Shown in pieces: positions 1 through 12,124 of a stretch of 64,000 nucleotides of DNA. Position 1 is the first letter of the stretch, and every line of letters begins with the position of its first letter. The translations under genes and the position numbers were made by a program. Source of the DNA: Octopus sinensis (Eukaryota); assembly GCF_006345805.1 (NCBI RefSeq), contig NC_043021.1, positions 21,266,001-21,330,000 of the forward strand. Direction: 5' to 3'. Under the pieces are notes generated by a model, which had not been told where the DNA came from, did not search any database, and saw nothing but the letters and a program-made list of their open reading frames with translations.

Positions 1-189
1 ACATATGTATAGAGACATGCACATGTGTGCACATGCATTAGGGAAGTGTGCAGTAATGTCATGGTTCTCAAGTTTGTTGATTAGCAATTATATAATTACA
101 AAGGCTACAAGGATAAATGCGTGGTTATAATGACCACAGACATAACTTTGTGGTCATAACAGCTACAGCATTGCTGTGTGGTTACAATA

Positions 190-324
190 AATACATAGTG
201 CTGGTGTGGCTGTAAGAAGCTTGCTTCTGAACTGCATGATTCTAGGTTCAATCCTGCTGCGGGGCATCTTGGGCAAGTGTCTTCTACTATGGCCTCGGGC
301 CGATCAAAACCTTGTGATTGGATT

Positions 325-380
<56 letters not shown>

Positions 381-790
381 GGTATGTGCATGTGTGTGCA
401 TATGTATATATGAGTATATATACACGTGTGTGTATGTATATGTGGGTGTGTTATATATATATGTGTGTGTGTGTCTATATATAAAGATATATGGCAGATG
501 TGGTGTTTACGTATATACACACTGTATACATAAATAACAGGAGCATGTATATGTGTGTGTGTGTCTATCTGTCAGTCTTTGTGTATGTGTCCCCCCACCA
601 CTGCTTGACAACCGGGGTTGGTTTGTTTACATCCCCATAACTTAACAGTTCAGTAAAAGTGACCAATATAAAAAGCACCAGGCTTAGAAAGTAAGTACAG
701 GAGTCGATTTGTTCAAGTAAATCCTTCAAGGTGGTGCTCCAGCATGGGCACAGTCGTATGACTAAAAGAAGTAACAGGTAACAGGTAATA
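190..790 (+). mobile_element. SINE family A (OK-like tRNA head + microsatellite spacer + GTAAAAGA-type tail), older diverged copy
   Basis: Head ggctgtgtggtaag...cttgggcaagtgtcttctactat at 190-330, (TA)/(TG) spacer, then the 3' module ...gcttgacaacc...ggtgctccagcatgg...atgact; same architecture as the younger copies. Confidence 0.7.
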
Positions 791-945
791 AAAATTGTTC
801 AAAGGAAGTATTTAAATAACTATTGTACATATGTTTCCATAATAGATATTTATACAATAAATATCTATCATTTCACTGGCAACTGAAGTCTAAACAAATG
901 TTTAAAATGAAATAAAATATAATGTTTATTATTACACATTGACAA

Positions 946-1166
946 CTACAAACCATTTAGTTTAATGTGTGTGTCTGTGTGTGAATTTGTATGCATTTGA
1001 TCATTATTGGTATTACAAATGTCAACAGTGAGTTGAAAATTAGTAGAAAGTGCTTCCATGGTTTGTGTGCTATCACTGGCTTTAGAGGTGGTTGGATGAC
1101 TCGTTTGAACTGTAGTTGTTGACAAATGCTTCTTAAGGTTTTTTCCCCGCGAATCTAATTGTGTTA
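946..1166 (-). CDS. Candidate terminal coding exon (unverified): TQLDSRGKNLKKHLSTTTVQTSHPTTSKASDSTQTMEALSTNFQLTVDICNTNNDQMHTNSHTDTHIKLNGL*
   Basis: Weak CAG acceptor at 1167-1169, 72 open codons, TAG at 946-948, AATAAA on minus strand at 925-930. No homology recognised. Confidence 0.15.
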
Positions 1167-1208
1167 CTGTTATTGGTTTATGAAAATTGTTTTGTGCAAG
1201 CTGTTTAA

Positions 1209-1428
1209 CCCTTTTGTTACCATATTTCTGTTGAGATGCTCTGTGTTTCTTTCAATTACTTTAAATATAACAAAGAATTTAGTAAAATAACTTAGTTATC
1301 ATTCAGCTAGTGTTAGGAACATAAATTGTGACTTAGGTTTGGTGGAAGATTTTAATTGAAAACTTATGAAAACAAGACATTTGTACTCAGAGCCAGAGCC
1401 AGTTTCAGCTGGGTTGGTATCGAAAGGG
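1209..1428. mobile_element. piggyBac-type MITE, copy 1
   Basis: TTAA on both sides (1205-1208, 1429-1432); ends ccctttt(g)ttacc ... ggtatcgaaaggg are imperfect inverted repeats; 220 bp. Confidence 0.8.
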
Positions 1429-1459
1429 TTAAGAATTGTTTCTCTATTATATATTTTAA

Positions 1460-1679
1460 CCCTTTTGTTACCATATTTCTGTTGAGATGCTCTGTGTTTC
1501 TTTCAATTACTTTAAATATATCAAAGAATTTAGTAAAATGACTTAGTTATCATTCAGCTAGTGTTAGGAACATAAATTGTGACTAAGGTTTAGTGGAAGA
1601 TTTTAATTGAAAACTTATAAAAACAAGACATTTGTACTCAGAGCCAGAGCCGGTTTCAGGCGGGCTGGTAACGAAAGGG
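1460..1679. mobile_element. piggyBac-type MITE, copy 2
   Basis: TTAA at 1456-1459 and 1680-1683; near-identical to 1209-1428, same orientation. Confidence 0.8.
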
Positions 1680-2042
1680 TTAAATGAGAAATTTTAAGTA
1701 AATATTTCCGTATTTGTTTCATTTCTAAAAAAAGGAACTTTTTTCGTTTGTCACAAAAACTCATGCCTTTAATTTAACCGAAGATAATTTGCATTCATTG
1801 AGAGTAATGTTAGAATATAGAGCATAGTTGTTCAGTGTCATGAAAAAGATATAGTACCTGCTATCATCATCATCATCATCATAATGCCCACTTTTCCATA
1901 CTTGAATGAGTCACATGGAATTTGTTGATGCAGGTTTCCTATAACCAGATGGCTTACCTGTTGCCTACCCTCACCTGTTTCCATGTAAAGTAATATTTCC
2001 ATATGACCAGACATGTTTCCACAAAACTGCTGTCAAGTAATG

Positions 2043-2370
2043 GATGGAATGGAAGCACTCCGTCGGTTACGACGATGAGGGTTCCGGTTGATCCGAATCA
2101 ACGGAACAGCCTGCTCGTGAAATTAACGTGTAAGTGGCTGAGCACTCCACAGACACGTGTACCCTTAACGTAGTTCTCAGGGATATTCAGCGTGACACAG
2201 AGAGTGACAAGGCCGGCCCTTTGAAATACAGTTACAACAGAAACAGGAAGAAAGAGTGAGAGAAAGTTGTGGTGAAAGAGTACAGCAGGGATCACCACCA
2301 TCCCCTGCCGGAGCCTCGTGGAGCTTTAGGTGTTTTCGCTCAATAAACACTCACAACGCCCGGTCTGGGA
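2043..2370 (-). mobile_element. SINE family B (OR2-like), 5'-truncated, with 12-bp TSD
   Basis: Matches 12616-13000 in reverse; flanked by tgtcaagtaatg at 2031-2042 and 2371-2382. Confidence 0.9.
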
Positions 2371-2737
2371 TGTCAAGTAATGCGCACACACACACACACA
2401 CATGAGCACTATGGACCACTTTCAGTTTCTGTCAACTAAATCCACTTATAAGGTTTTGGTGCCACACAGTGGGATTGAACTTGAAACCATATGGTTTGAA
2501 AGTAATCTTCTTACTACACAACCATGCTTGTTACTGTGATGTTAATATTCTATGTTATTATAAAGGATAAACTCTATAGAGAGGGGTTATTTTGTTTTCT
2601 CAGTTGTCAAATAGAGTGTGTGACAAAGAACTCGTACTAATCATATTTCTATGGATTGCTGAAATAAATTTATATATCAAAAAGATTTTTTTATATTATT
2701 TAATACTAAAACAAAAGCCATAGTAGGGGATCTGTTT

Positions 2738-3235
2738 CCTATTTTGCATTCAGCTTTAGACTGGGAGATGCAAGTGGACTTAAAGGGCAAGCTTGACTTC
2801 CCAGAGGAGATAGTGATAACATTACTCCAAGCAGACATGTTCCTGCTCTCCAGAAATACAAAAGCAATCATCATGATCAAACTCACAGTGCCCTGGGAGG
2901 ACAGACTTCACTGGATAAAGAAAATGATGCCCTTGTCAAGGGGGTGCATGTGGCTGCACTCCTCATTGAAGTCAGTTGCTGCAGATTTCCAGTTAGATTA
3001 GTGCACTGTTTCCTGCAGAAGATAGGTCTTGAACCTAGATATCTGAAGAAAGCCATGAAGGAGATAGGCACTGGTTGAAACTAGCTCAAAGTGGCTATGG
3101 TTGATGAAAGATTAGAAGTGGAACCCTTCCATAGGTGAAGACTAGCTCAATCTTCTCTGCCCCTTTCAGGCAAAGTGTACAGGCTAAAGGGTGAAATGCT
3201 TGAAACCCTGTGATACCTGCTGATGATATGGAAGG
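2738..3235 (+). mobile_element. Decayed HERO/R2-superfamily non-LTR retrotransposon 3' end (restriction-like endonuclease region)
   Basis: ORF 2744-3001 reads DWEMQVDLKGKLDFPEEIVITLLQADMFLLSRNTKAIIMIKLTVPWEDR, resembling the DW..VDL...FP..I..T.LRPD.......ELTVPWEE motif of HERO-clade RLE domains; frameshifted afterwards. Confidence 0.7.
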
Positions 3236-3791
3236 GTTTCAAGCATTGCAATGGATTTAGAAGACCTTGTAAAACCTCTGAGTTGCTCTTGAAATTTCTG
3301 TGTAGGGAAAAGCATCTCTGTCTCTCCCAACACCACTTGACAACCAGTGTTTGTTTGTTTACATCCCTGTAACTTAGCAGTTTGGCAAAAGAGACCAGTA
3401 GAACAAGTACTAGACTTTAAATAAGCACTGGGTTGATTTGTTTGACTAAACCCTTCAAGGGTGTGCCCAAGCATGGCTGCAGTCCAATGACTGAAAAAGG
3501 GAAAGAAATAAAGATTAAAATATTTTTTTAATTTGAATTAAATGCAATAAATTATTGACTCAGCCAAAATAAAATAGTAAGAATTATTATTAATTTTCTT
3601 CTTAGACTCTAGGAAAACAAAAACCATTCTGAGAATTTTTTGATAGACTTGATTTCAGCTGAAAAATGATGTCTGGCAATAACTTTTTGCCTAAAACCAC
3701 ATCCACTGAGAGAAGAATATCTTGCAAAATCCAATGTTTCAATGTCAAACTGTAGCTGTGTATGATGAATAGGCTGTTGGATATGGCAGTA

Positions 3792-4150
3792 TACTCTTTT
3801 ACTCTCTCTTTACTCTTTTACTTGTTTCAGTCATTTGACTGTGGCCATGCTGGAGCACCGCCTTTAGTCGAGTAAATCGACCCCGGAACTTATTCTTTGT
3901 AAGCCCAGTACTTGTTCTATCGGTCTCTTTTGCTGAACCGCTAAGTGACGGGGACGTAAACACACCAGCTTCGGTTGTCAAGCAATGCTAGGGGGACAAA
4001 CACAGACACACAAATACACACACACATATATATATATATATATACATATATACGACAGGCTTCTTTCAGTTTCCTTCTACCAAATCCACTCACAAGGCAT
4101 TGGTCGGCCCGGGGCTATAGCAGAAGACACTTGCCCAAGACGCCATGCAG
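3792..4150 (-). mobile_element. SINE family A, 5'-truncated
   Basis: Reverse of tail + (CA)/(TA) spacer + partial head. Confidence 0.9.
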
Positions 4151-4420
4151 TTTTACAACCAAAGCCATCAACACAAAAATGTGAATAAAAAAAAATACAA
4201 AAAAAGAAAAAAACGATCAAAACCTAAAGTACTGAATGAAACATAAAATAATAATAATAATAATAATAATCTTTTCTACCATAGGCACAGGGCCTGAAAT
4301 TTTGGGGTTGGGGGCTAGTCAATTACATCAACCCCAGTGTTCAACTGGTACTCAGTATTTCATCAACCCCAGTACTCAAGTGGTAATTATTTTATCAACA
4401 CCACTGCCCAACTGGTACTT

Positions 4421-4651
4421 CGGCGAGCTGGCAGAAACGTTAGCATGCCGGATGAAATTCTTAGCGGTATTTCGTCTGTCGTTACGTTGTGAGTTCAAAT
4501 TCTGCCGAGGTTGACTTTGCCTTTCATCCTTTCAGGGTCGATAAATTAAGTACCAGTTCCGCACTGAGGTCGATGTAATCGACTTAATACCTATGTCTAT
4601 CCTTGTTTGTCCCCTCTATGTTTAGCCCCTTGTGGGTAGTAAAGAAATAGG
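4421..4651 (+). mobile_element. SINE family D (Meta-domain-like core, ccccttgtgggtagtaaagaaata tail)
   Basis: ggcgagctggcaga...gagttcaaattc...gcctttcatcctttc.gggtcgataaattaagtaccag; ggtacttc repeated on both flanks. Confidence 0.85.
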
Positions 4652-4939
4652 TACTTCTTTCATCAACTTCAGTACTCAAGTGGTAATTATTTTATCAACA
4701 CCATTGCCCAACTGGTACTTCTTTCATCTACCTCAGTACTCAAGTTGTACTTCTTTCATCAGCTGTGGAAGGATGCAAGGTAAAAAATCAACCTTGTTAG
4801 AATTTGTACCCAGAACATGAGGATGGACAAATCATTGTTGAATGCGGTGAACTGATAAAATCATAACATGCCAGACACAATGTTTGGTTTGTTAATGATT
4901 CTGCCAGCTCACTTCATTTACATAAAATAATGAAAATAA

Positions 4940-5399
4940 TAACTTTTACTAGCACAGACACAAAACTAGAATTTTTTGGGGAAAACATTTAGTTGTTTAT
5001 ATCAAGTAAAGTACTTGACTGGTACTTTATTTTATTGACTCTGATAGGATGGGAAGTAAAGCTGACTTTGGCATAATTTGAACTCAGAACATAAAGACTC
5101 AACAAACATCACTAGGCATTTTGTATGCTCTGACAATTTTGACAATCCACTCACTACCCTTAAAATAATAATAATAATAATAATGGTTTCAAATTTTGGC
5201 ACAAGGCCAGCAATTTCGGGGGAGGGGATGAGTTGAATATATTGACACCAGTACTCAACTGGTACTTATTTTATTAACCCAGAAAGGATGAAAGGCAAAG
5301 TCAACCTTGGCGAAATTTAAACTCAGAACATAAAGATGGACTACATGCTGCTAAGCATATCACCTGGTTTGCTAATGATTGCGCCAGCTCACTGCCTTA
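4940..5399 (-). mobile_element. Two decayed family D/E SINEs in tandem separated by (AAT)n
   Basis: Each shows reverse ...actggtactt.tttt...gaaaggatgaaaggcaaagtc...aactcagaac...tgccagctcac. Confidence 0.7.
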
Positions 5400-5439
5400 T
5401 AATAATAATAATAATAATAGCAGCAAAAGTGAAATACGT

Positions 5440-5680
5440 CCATTGAGCTTCAAAAGCGACTGATACCTATCATGATCATTGCACTTGGGATCATCTCAAT
5501 GAAAGCAGTGTTCTGACATGAAAAGCTTTAAATTCCAATCTTCATAGGAAGTACGCAGTTGGCAACAATACTCAGAACAGCATGTGTTGAGGAAAATATT
5601 GCACCTCTAACCTGCGGGAAGGACTTGAAATGTGACAAAGATAACCTAGGAAAAGGAAAAAAAAAAGATAACAATAACAA
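5440..5680 (+). mobile_element. Decayed 3' end of an R4/Dong-like (RLE) LINE
   Basis: Frame-broken peptides RLIPIMIIALGIISMK and STQLATILRTA/HVLRKIL resemble the C-terminal IPVIIGALG...GTAHILRKVL motif; followed by A/AAC/AAT tail. Confidence 0.45.
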
Positions 5681-5878
5681 TAATTAGCAGTTTCCTTGGA
5701 AATTCCATGGCTATTTTGAAAATTGTAAGATGGTTAGAAGTTCACAGAGAAGCGCTGTTGTCTCTGGTAAATTGCTTCTCCACTGTAAATATCCATGATA
5801 ATATCTAGTGAACTTAGCACTTAGTGTGAATGAAAGTACTTGTAAATTTTACACAGCTACTGTTTACTTATTTCACAG

Positions 5879-5910
5879 CTTGATGGACTGGATGCTGAGT
5901 TTTACCAAAG
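5879..5910 (+). CDS. Candidate 32-nt micro-exon (LMDWMLSFTK or LDGLDAEFYQ)
   Basis: tttacttatttcacAG acceptor, AAG/GTAGAA donor; two frames open. Confidence 0.2.
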
Positions 5911-5930
5911 GTAGAAAATACCACTGGAGA

Positions 5931-6175
5931 TCATCATCATCATCAACATTTAACATCTGTTTTCCATGCTGGATGGGTTGGACAGCTTGACAGAAATTGG
6001 CAAGGTCAAGGGCTGCACCAGGTTCTATAGCCTGCTTCGGCTTGGTTTCTATGGCGTGATGCCCTTCCTTATGCTAACCACTTAACAGAGTGTACTGGGT
6101 GCTTTTAAAATGGCACCTGCACCAGTGCTTTTTACATAGTACCAACACCCACACCAATGCTTTTTACATGGCATG
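5931..6175 (-). mobile_element. Old RTE-family 3' UTR fragment with (GAT)n tail
   Basis: catcatcat..tttaacatctgttttccatgc..gggttggac; diverged relative to 41727-42420. Confidence 0.7.
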
Positions 6176-6340
6176 TTTGTTTTAGGATCTCAATTCTAAG
6201 CAGAATAAAAACAATGATGTGATGAAGAGGACGATGGCATATTGCATGACTGATATTAGGAAGATGTGACAGAATTTGAAGGACTTTGGGTCACATCTGT
6301 TGTATGATTTAGGGTACCATATTTTAATAATTTCTGTTAG

Positions 6341-6376
6341 AAGATTATGATTATGCTGAAGTAATAGAACCTGAAG
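6341..6376 (+). CDS. Candidate 36-nt micro-exon ((E)DYDYAEVIEPE)
   Basis: aataatttctgttAG acceptor; donor GAAG/GTCTGT (alternative GAA/GTAATA at 6361); open in phase 1. Confidence 0.2.
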
Positions 6377-6447
6377 GTCTGTGACTCCAATATTTCTAAT
6401 ATATTAGAATATATTTTGACATTAAATTCTAGGTTTGATATATTGAT

Positions 6448-6885
6448 GTTAAGTTAAGTTAAGTTAATTTTTTGGCTCAAAAAGCAAAAAGCAAGGCCAT
6501 GTAGGGGGACATGGAGTTATGTACAGGGGTGTTCATGCAAAGAGTTCAAGCCATTTCTGGTCAAGAGAGGCTTTGAACCAAGCGGTCGTCGGCATCTTCA
6601 CTATCTCATCTAGCAGCTTATTCCATGGATCCGCAACCCGGACGGAGAAAGCCCCTCTCCTTCGACTGAGATGAAATCATTACAGATAGAGTTTTTTGGA
6701 GTGACCCCACAGCCGATGCTCTGGAGCAGGAGTGAAGAACAGCTCTTTCGAGAGGTTACACTTTCCACTTATGATGTTGTGAGCAAGAATGAGATCACCA
6801 CGGCGGCGGCGTTTTTCTAGAGAATAAAGGTCGAGCGTCTTCAGCCTTTCTTCATAAGACAAATGCTTGAGACCAAGAACCATGC
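6448..6885 (-). mobile_element. CR1/L2-group LINE 3' end, 5'-truncated
   Basis: RMVLGLKHLSYEERLKTLDLYSLEKRRRRGDLILAHNII... then, in another frame, RRGAFSVRVADPWNKL: typical post-RT C-terminus of CR1-group ORF2; (TTAAC)n tail at 6448-6467. Confidence 0.85.
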
Positions 6886-7110
6886 GGTAATAGAACTCTA
6901 AAGTCTGTACCACTTAATAAGTGTTCTGAAGTTTACAAAGTGAACCAACATGAAATTGCTATTTTGTTTGTCGGTCATATGCGTACACAAGCATATTTAT
7001 ACATGCAGCGATGCAAGAGGTACATTTGCAAAGGAGACAAATAAACAGACATATACCAAAATGATCAAACATACACAGACACATATACCTATGAACTTAT
7101 ACATACATGC

Positions 7111-7491
7111 ACTCTTTACTCTCTTTTACTTGTTTCAGTCATTTGACTGCGGCCATGCTGGAGCACCGCCTTTAGTCGAGCAAATCGACCCCGGCACTTA
7201 TTCTTTTGTAAGCCCAGTACTTATTCTATCGGTCTCTTTTTGCCGAACTGCTAAGTGACGGGGACGTAAACACACCAGCATCGGTTGTCAAGCAATGCTA
7301 GGGGGACAAACACACAGACACATATATATATACATATATACGACAGGCTTCTTTCAGTTTCCGTCTACCAAATCCACTCACAAGGCATTGGTCGGCCCGA
7401 GGCTATAGCAGAAGACACTTGCCCAAGGTGCCACGCAGTGGGACTGAACCCGGAACCATGTGGTTGGTTAGCAAGCTACTTTACCACACAG
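7111..7491 (-). mobile_element. SINE family A
   Basis: Near-complete reverse copy. Confidence 0.9.
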
Positions 7492-7994
7492 AAACATTTC
7501 TACATACACGTATGGGCACCTGCATACACACATGAAAATATGCACACCAGGCCACATGCAAAGACACATATGGTTATAGACATACAAGCATATGTGCAGC
7601 ACGTGCGTGAGCACACACATGCATAAACGCGAACATATGTTAATACATGTAGTTGTATGCTTATGCATAGATACATGCAGAATAGCATGAGAAGTCACTT
7701 TTCAGTGAGTCACACATATTTGAAAAGACCTCTATACAAGCATGCACATGCAGGTGCAGGTGCAGATGCACTCGCACATAGCTGTTACATCAGTATGGTT
7801 TATCAGCTGAAGCTAAGGAAGAATGAAGTCTGCTAGTCTTGCTTTTGCCCTGGCCCTTGCTCTCTTAACATTGGACTTGATGTGCTTAATTCAAGCTAGA
7901 TTGGCTGAGCAATAACTCTTGTGATTTGGCTTCTCACTAATAACTACAAGTCATCCACATTTCCAAAGTAGGTGAAAGTGAAACAACCTTTTTG

Positions 7995-8045
<51 letters not shown>

Positions 8046-8094
8046 AGAAGCATGTTGTGTAATGTATGCATTTCATGTATGTATTTATTCTGCA

Positions 8095-8295
8095 TACTCT
8101 TCTTACTCTTTTACTTGTTTCGGTCATTTTGACTGCGGCCATGCTGGAACACCGCCTTTAGTCGAGCAAATCGAACCCGGGACTTATTCTTTTGTAAGCC
8201 CAGTACTTATTCTATCGGTCTCTTTTTGCCAAACTGCTAAGTGACGGGGACGTAAACACACCAGCATCGGTTGTCAAGCAATGCTAGGGGGACAA

Positions 8296-8343
<48 letters not shown>

Positions 8344-8506
8344 GACAGGCTTTTTTCAGTTTCCGTCTACCAAATCCACTCACAAGGCATTGGTCGGCCC
8401 AGGGCTATAGCAGAAGACACTTGCCCAAGATGCCACGCAGTGGGACTGAACCCAGAACCATGTGGTTGGTTAGCAAGCTACTTACCACACAGCCACTCCT
8501 GCGCCT
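8095..8506 (-). mobile_element. SINE family A, full length
   Basis: Head ends ...agccactcctgcgcct; (CA)/(TA) spacer; tail. Confidence 0.92.
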
Positions 8507-8664
8507 ATGTATTTTATTCATGATATTCTTGTTTATTTATGAATTTTTTCAATAAATTGTCATTTTCAAACCCAAAAACTAAGCTCTGTCATCAGAATCT
8601 AGACAGCACTTACTGGGTAGTTGAGTATATGCATGCATTTGTGTCTGCTATTTAGTTGACAGCA

Positions 8665-8925
8665 GAAGGCACGTGGGCTAATGGTTAGGCTGTTGCACTC
8701 ATGATTGCTAAATTAAGGGTTCAATTCCCTGATTAGGTGGTGCATTGTGTTCTTGAGCAAAACACTTCATTTCACATTGCTCCAGCTTCCCTTCGATCAG
8801 TGGTAATTGTTGGCCTCCTTGCCTTGCCAAGTGAGGCGGTGTCATTTGAGGGCTAAAATAATGCATAAGTGCATCATGCCCAGCAATGTGCAACAACATC
8901 TGATAGCCCGGTCAGTCATGTGATT
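8665..8925 (+). mobile_element. SINE family C (OR1-like tRNA head + CORE-like domain), diverged
   Basis: gaaggcacgtgg..tggttag...gtgttcttgagcaa.acacttcatttcacattgctccag; related to 18411, 25744, 35101. Confidence 0.7.
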
Positions 8926-9324
8926 TAGTTGACAGTGGTACAATGAAAGAGTTCATGGTTTTTATACATCTCCCTCACCATCACTAACAGTAGCATTTTA
9001 TCTAGTAGCTTCATTGATGATATTACTAACTGGTCCACTCATAAAAACATTCAAGAAAGCACCCTTCCCTACCACCACCACCACCACCACGATGATGATG
9101 ATGATGATGTAATCTTTCTTCTGATTAACAAAACCCTTCTTCAGCATATGTTAGGACCATTAAACCCATCAGTGTGCTGTGCTGTGTCCTCCTCCTTCAG
9201 TCTCTTCTACCACTACTATAAGGGTTTCCTACTTTCCCGAACTAGCAAGTTGTGCACTAAACTGCACAAATACACCTGATGTTCCTAAATTTCCTTCTCC
9301 TTCACATCTTCATTATCATCAGTA

Positions 9325-9951
9325 TATGACCTTCGAACTTTAGGTCTCACTGAGGAAATGACTAGAGACCGAGACCTTTGGAAGTATGCTGTGCGTGAGA
9401 AGACCTGGCAGGACAAGTGAGACCATAACCCATGGCCTCTACATGGGATGTAGCCAGTCCACTTACGCATACCTTTCCTTCTTGGGACACAAAACTCTAC
9501 TTGTGAAGACCTGTTGAGGCAAGTGAAAATGGAAATCGATCAACATCAATGGAAATTGCAGCTGTGATATCAGTGCTGGTGGTACGTAAGAGAACCATCT
9601 GAACGTGGCCATTGCCAGCACCGCCCTGACTGGCCTCGTGCCGGTGGCACATAAAAAACACCATCCGATTGTGGCTGTTGCCAGCCTCGCCTGGCTCCCC
9701 ATGCCAGTGGCATGTAAAAAGCACCATCCGATCATGGCCGTTTGCCAGCCTTGTCTGGCACTTGTGCCGGTGGCATGTAAAAAGCACCCACTACACTCAT
9801 GGAGTGGTTGGCATTAGGAAGGGCATCCAGCCATAGAAACATTGCCAGATCAGACTGGGCCTGGTGCAGCCTTCTGGCTTCCCAGACCCCAGTTGCACCA
9901 TCCAACCCATGCCAGCATGGAAAGCAGACGCTAAACGAAGATGATGATGAT
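9325..9951 (+). mobile_element. RTE LINE 3' end: last ~30 codons of ORF2 plus ~530 bp 3' UTR and (GAT)n tail
   Basis: DLRTLGLTEEMTRDRDLWKYAVREKTWQDK* matches the end of ORF 42422-42778; UTR ends gacgctaaacgaagatgatgat. Confidence 0.9.
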
Positions 9952-11074
9952 ATGTTATATAGACATGAGACTGGCTGTGTGATTTAGAGATTTGCCATAC
10001 AACTGTGTCCCCCTGTGTGGCTGGTACCTCGGATGCCTTACTACTTTAGCTTCTGGCCAACCAATACTTTGTGCAAAGAGTCGGAGCAAATGCTGCAAAG
10101 CATTGTATTCAGTCTGCCACCTGGTTCACTCTTTATTGCGGTGTGTGGCTTGTGTGCCTCTGAGAGTTATGCCAGCAGAGCACAATCTCCTGGCAGAGCT
10201 TGTCCCAATGCTGAACAAATCAAATGATTGAGGCCAGACTGATATGGATCACCTCTTCCCAGAGGTAAAAGTGAGTTTGCACGGGGCCAACACTTCCTAC
10301 CTAGTAGAAAGCAATGTTACAAAAGCATTGATAACAATAAGATCTAAGAGAGGGGAAAAAAATCAGCTCAGAGCTGAGAACAGTGGAGAAATGAAACATT
10401 GATGGTTTATACTCCATTGGGAGCAAAGGGCTTAAATAAGTTAGTTTCTATCCAATGTTCTGATAGTTCTGCTCATTTGCTACCTTCACATGTACAGAAA
10501 TGTAACTAAAAAGTGTTTGTGTTCCTACAATAAAAAAAAGCCTTGTAAGTTCCATTTCTGGCAGATCAGATGGCCCCCAGTGTTACGTGACCTTTACTAA
10601 TAGAAAAAGATGACATGCGGTAGGAAAGGAAAAGTACACAAATTCAAAATGGTGGAAACAAAGGTACATAGATGTAAAATGTAAACACATTGGTCTTTAA
10701 TATCAAAATGACTTTGAGATGTTTTGTTTTTATTTATTTATTTATTTATTTATTTACTCTTTTTGCTTTATGAATAACTATTCATAATTTATTACAATAA
10801 ATAGGATAAAGCTCATGTTTTCAGTCCACAGCAGCCATTGTGGTAGTTTTACTTGTTAATTTCTGTTGCTATAACAACAACAACTACTGCTGCTGCTGCT
10901 ATTCCTACTTCTACTCTATCTTCTTCTATCTTCAAATTCAAACCAATAAGAGCACCTCTACAGCAATGGTTTCTAAACTGTGTATGTGAAATCTAGATAT
11001 GATTTTCCAAAAATCATGAAGTTTATGCTTTCAAAGATGAAGGGAAGAAAACAAGGTAATGGTTAGCAACAAAG

Positions 11075-11305
11075 GTGGCGAGCTGGCAGAATCGTTAGCA
11101 TGCCGGGCGAAATGCTTAGTGGTATTTTGTCTGCCGCTACGTTCTGAGTTCAAATTCCACCGAGGTTGACTTTGCCTTTCATCCTTTCGGGGTCGATTAA
11201 ATAAGTACCAGTTACTCACTGGGGTCGATATAATCGACTTAATCCGTTTGTCTATCCTTGTTTGTCCTCTCTGTGTTTAGCCCCTTGTGGGTAGTAAAGA
11301 AATAG
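11075..11305 (+). mobile_element. SINE family D, near full length
   Basis: Same head/core/tail as 4421-4651. Confidence 0.9.
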
Positions 11306-12124
11306 GTTAGCAACAAAGTCATTTAGCAGTAAAGAAATACCTCAATAATATCTATTCATCTAACCCAAGCTAGCATGGAGAATGACTGAACAGAATGAAT
11401 ATATACGCATGGACTTTTGGCCTATTATTTTTGACTATATTTTACTCATGTGATGTTGCAATAGATGGCAGTTGCTCAAAGAGCCACTCAGTGGGATTGA
11501 ATTCAGAACTTCCCATGTGGTCGTCAACTGTTTAACGTCACAAACACTATATTTGCATTCCATTGGACATTAGAAACAGAGAGAGAGAAAGAGGGAGAGA
11601 TAATAGTGAACAAGAGTAGAAAATATATTTGCCTTTTTTTCTTTACACATATTTACGGCCAGATGTACTTCTTCATTATTCATAAATAACATTTTACTTA
11701 TACTGCCAAGCCCATGTGTATAGCTATGTGTTGATGTGTGTGTTTGTTTTTGCGTGCTCGGAAGACATCTAGATGTTGAACGCACCAACACATACACTCA
11801 TACATACACATCATGTAGAAATGTTATATTGCTCATTTTAAATTAGTATCATGTCCATAAAAACATTTGTCATCTGCTTCACCCAACAAGACTAGAGTTA
11901 GGTATTGACCTTTAAAAGCCCTTGGAAGTCTCAAGGCATTAACATTTTTTTTCTAAGCCTTATAGTTACACACAGTTACATACAGATGCATATATACACA
12001 TGTATATAGATATATATATGTTACATTGTTAGTTTCCATGCATATAGTTTCATATAAATTTCAACTTAGACCTCTAGAGTTAGTTCTTTGGAACCTCTCT
12101 TGACTAATTCTGTATTTTATGCAG

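Noticed and set aside
3205-3232. Permuted hammerhead in the HERO 3' end (gaaaccctgtgatacctgctgatga)
   Set aside because: GAAA and CTGATGA are present but stem III/NUH and stem II pairing cannot be built.
3975-4188. Recurrent MSSNARGTNT / MLGGQTQTH / MTTDAGVFTSP ORFs
   Set aside because: Translations of SINE family A; stops and frameshifts vary between copies.
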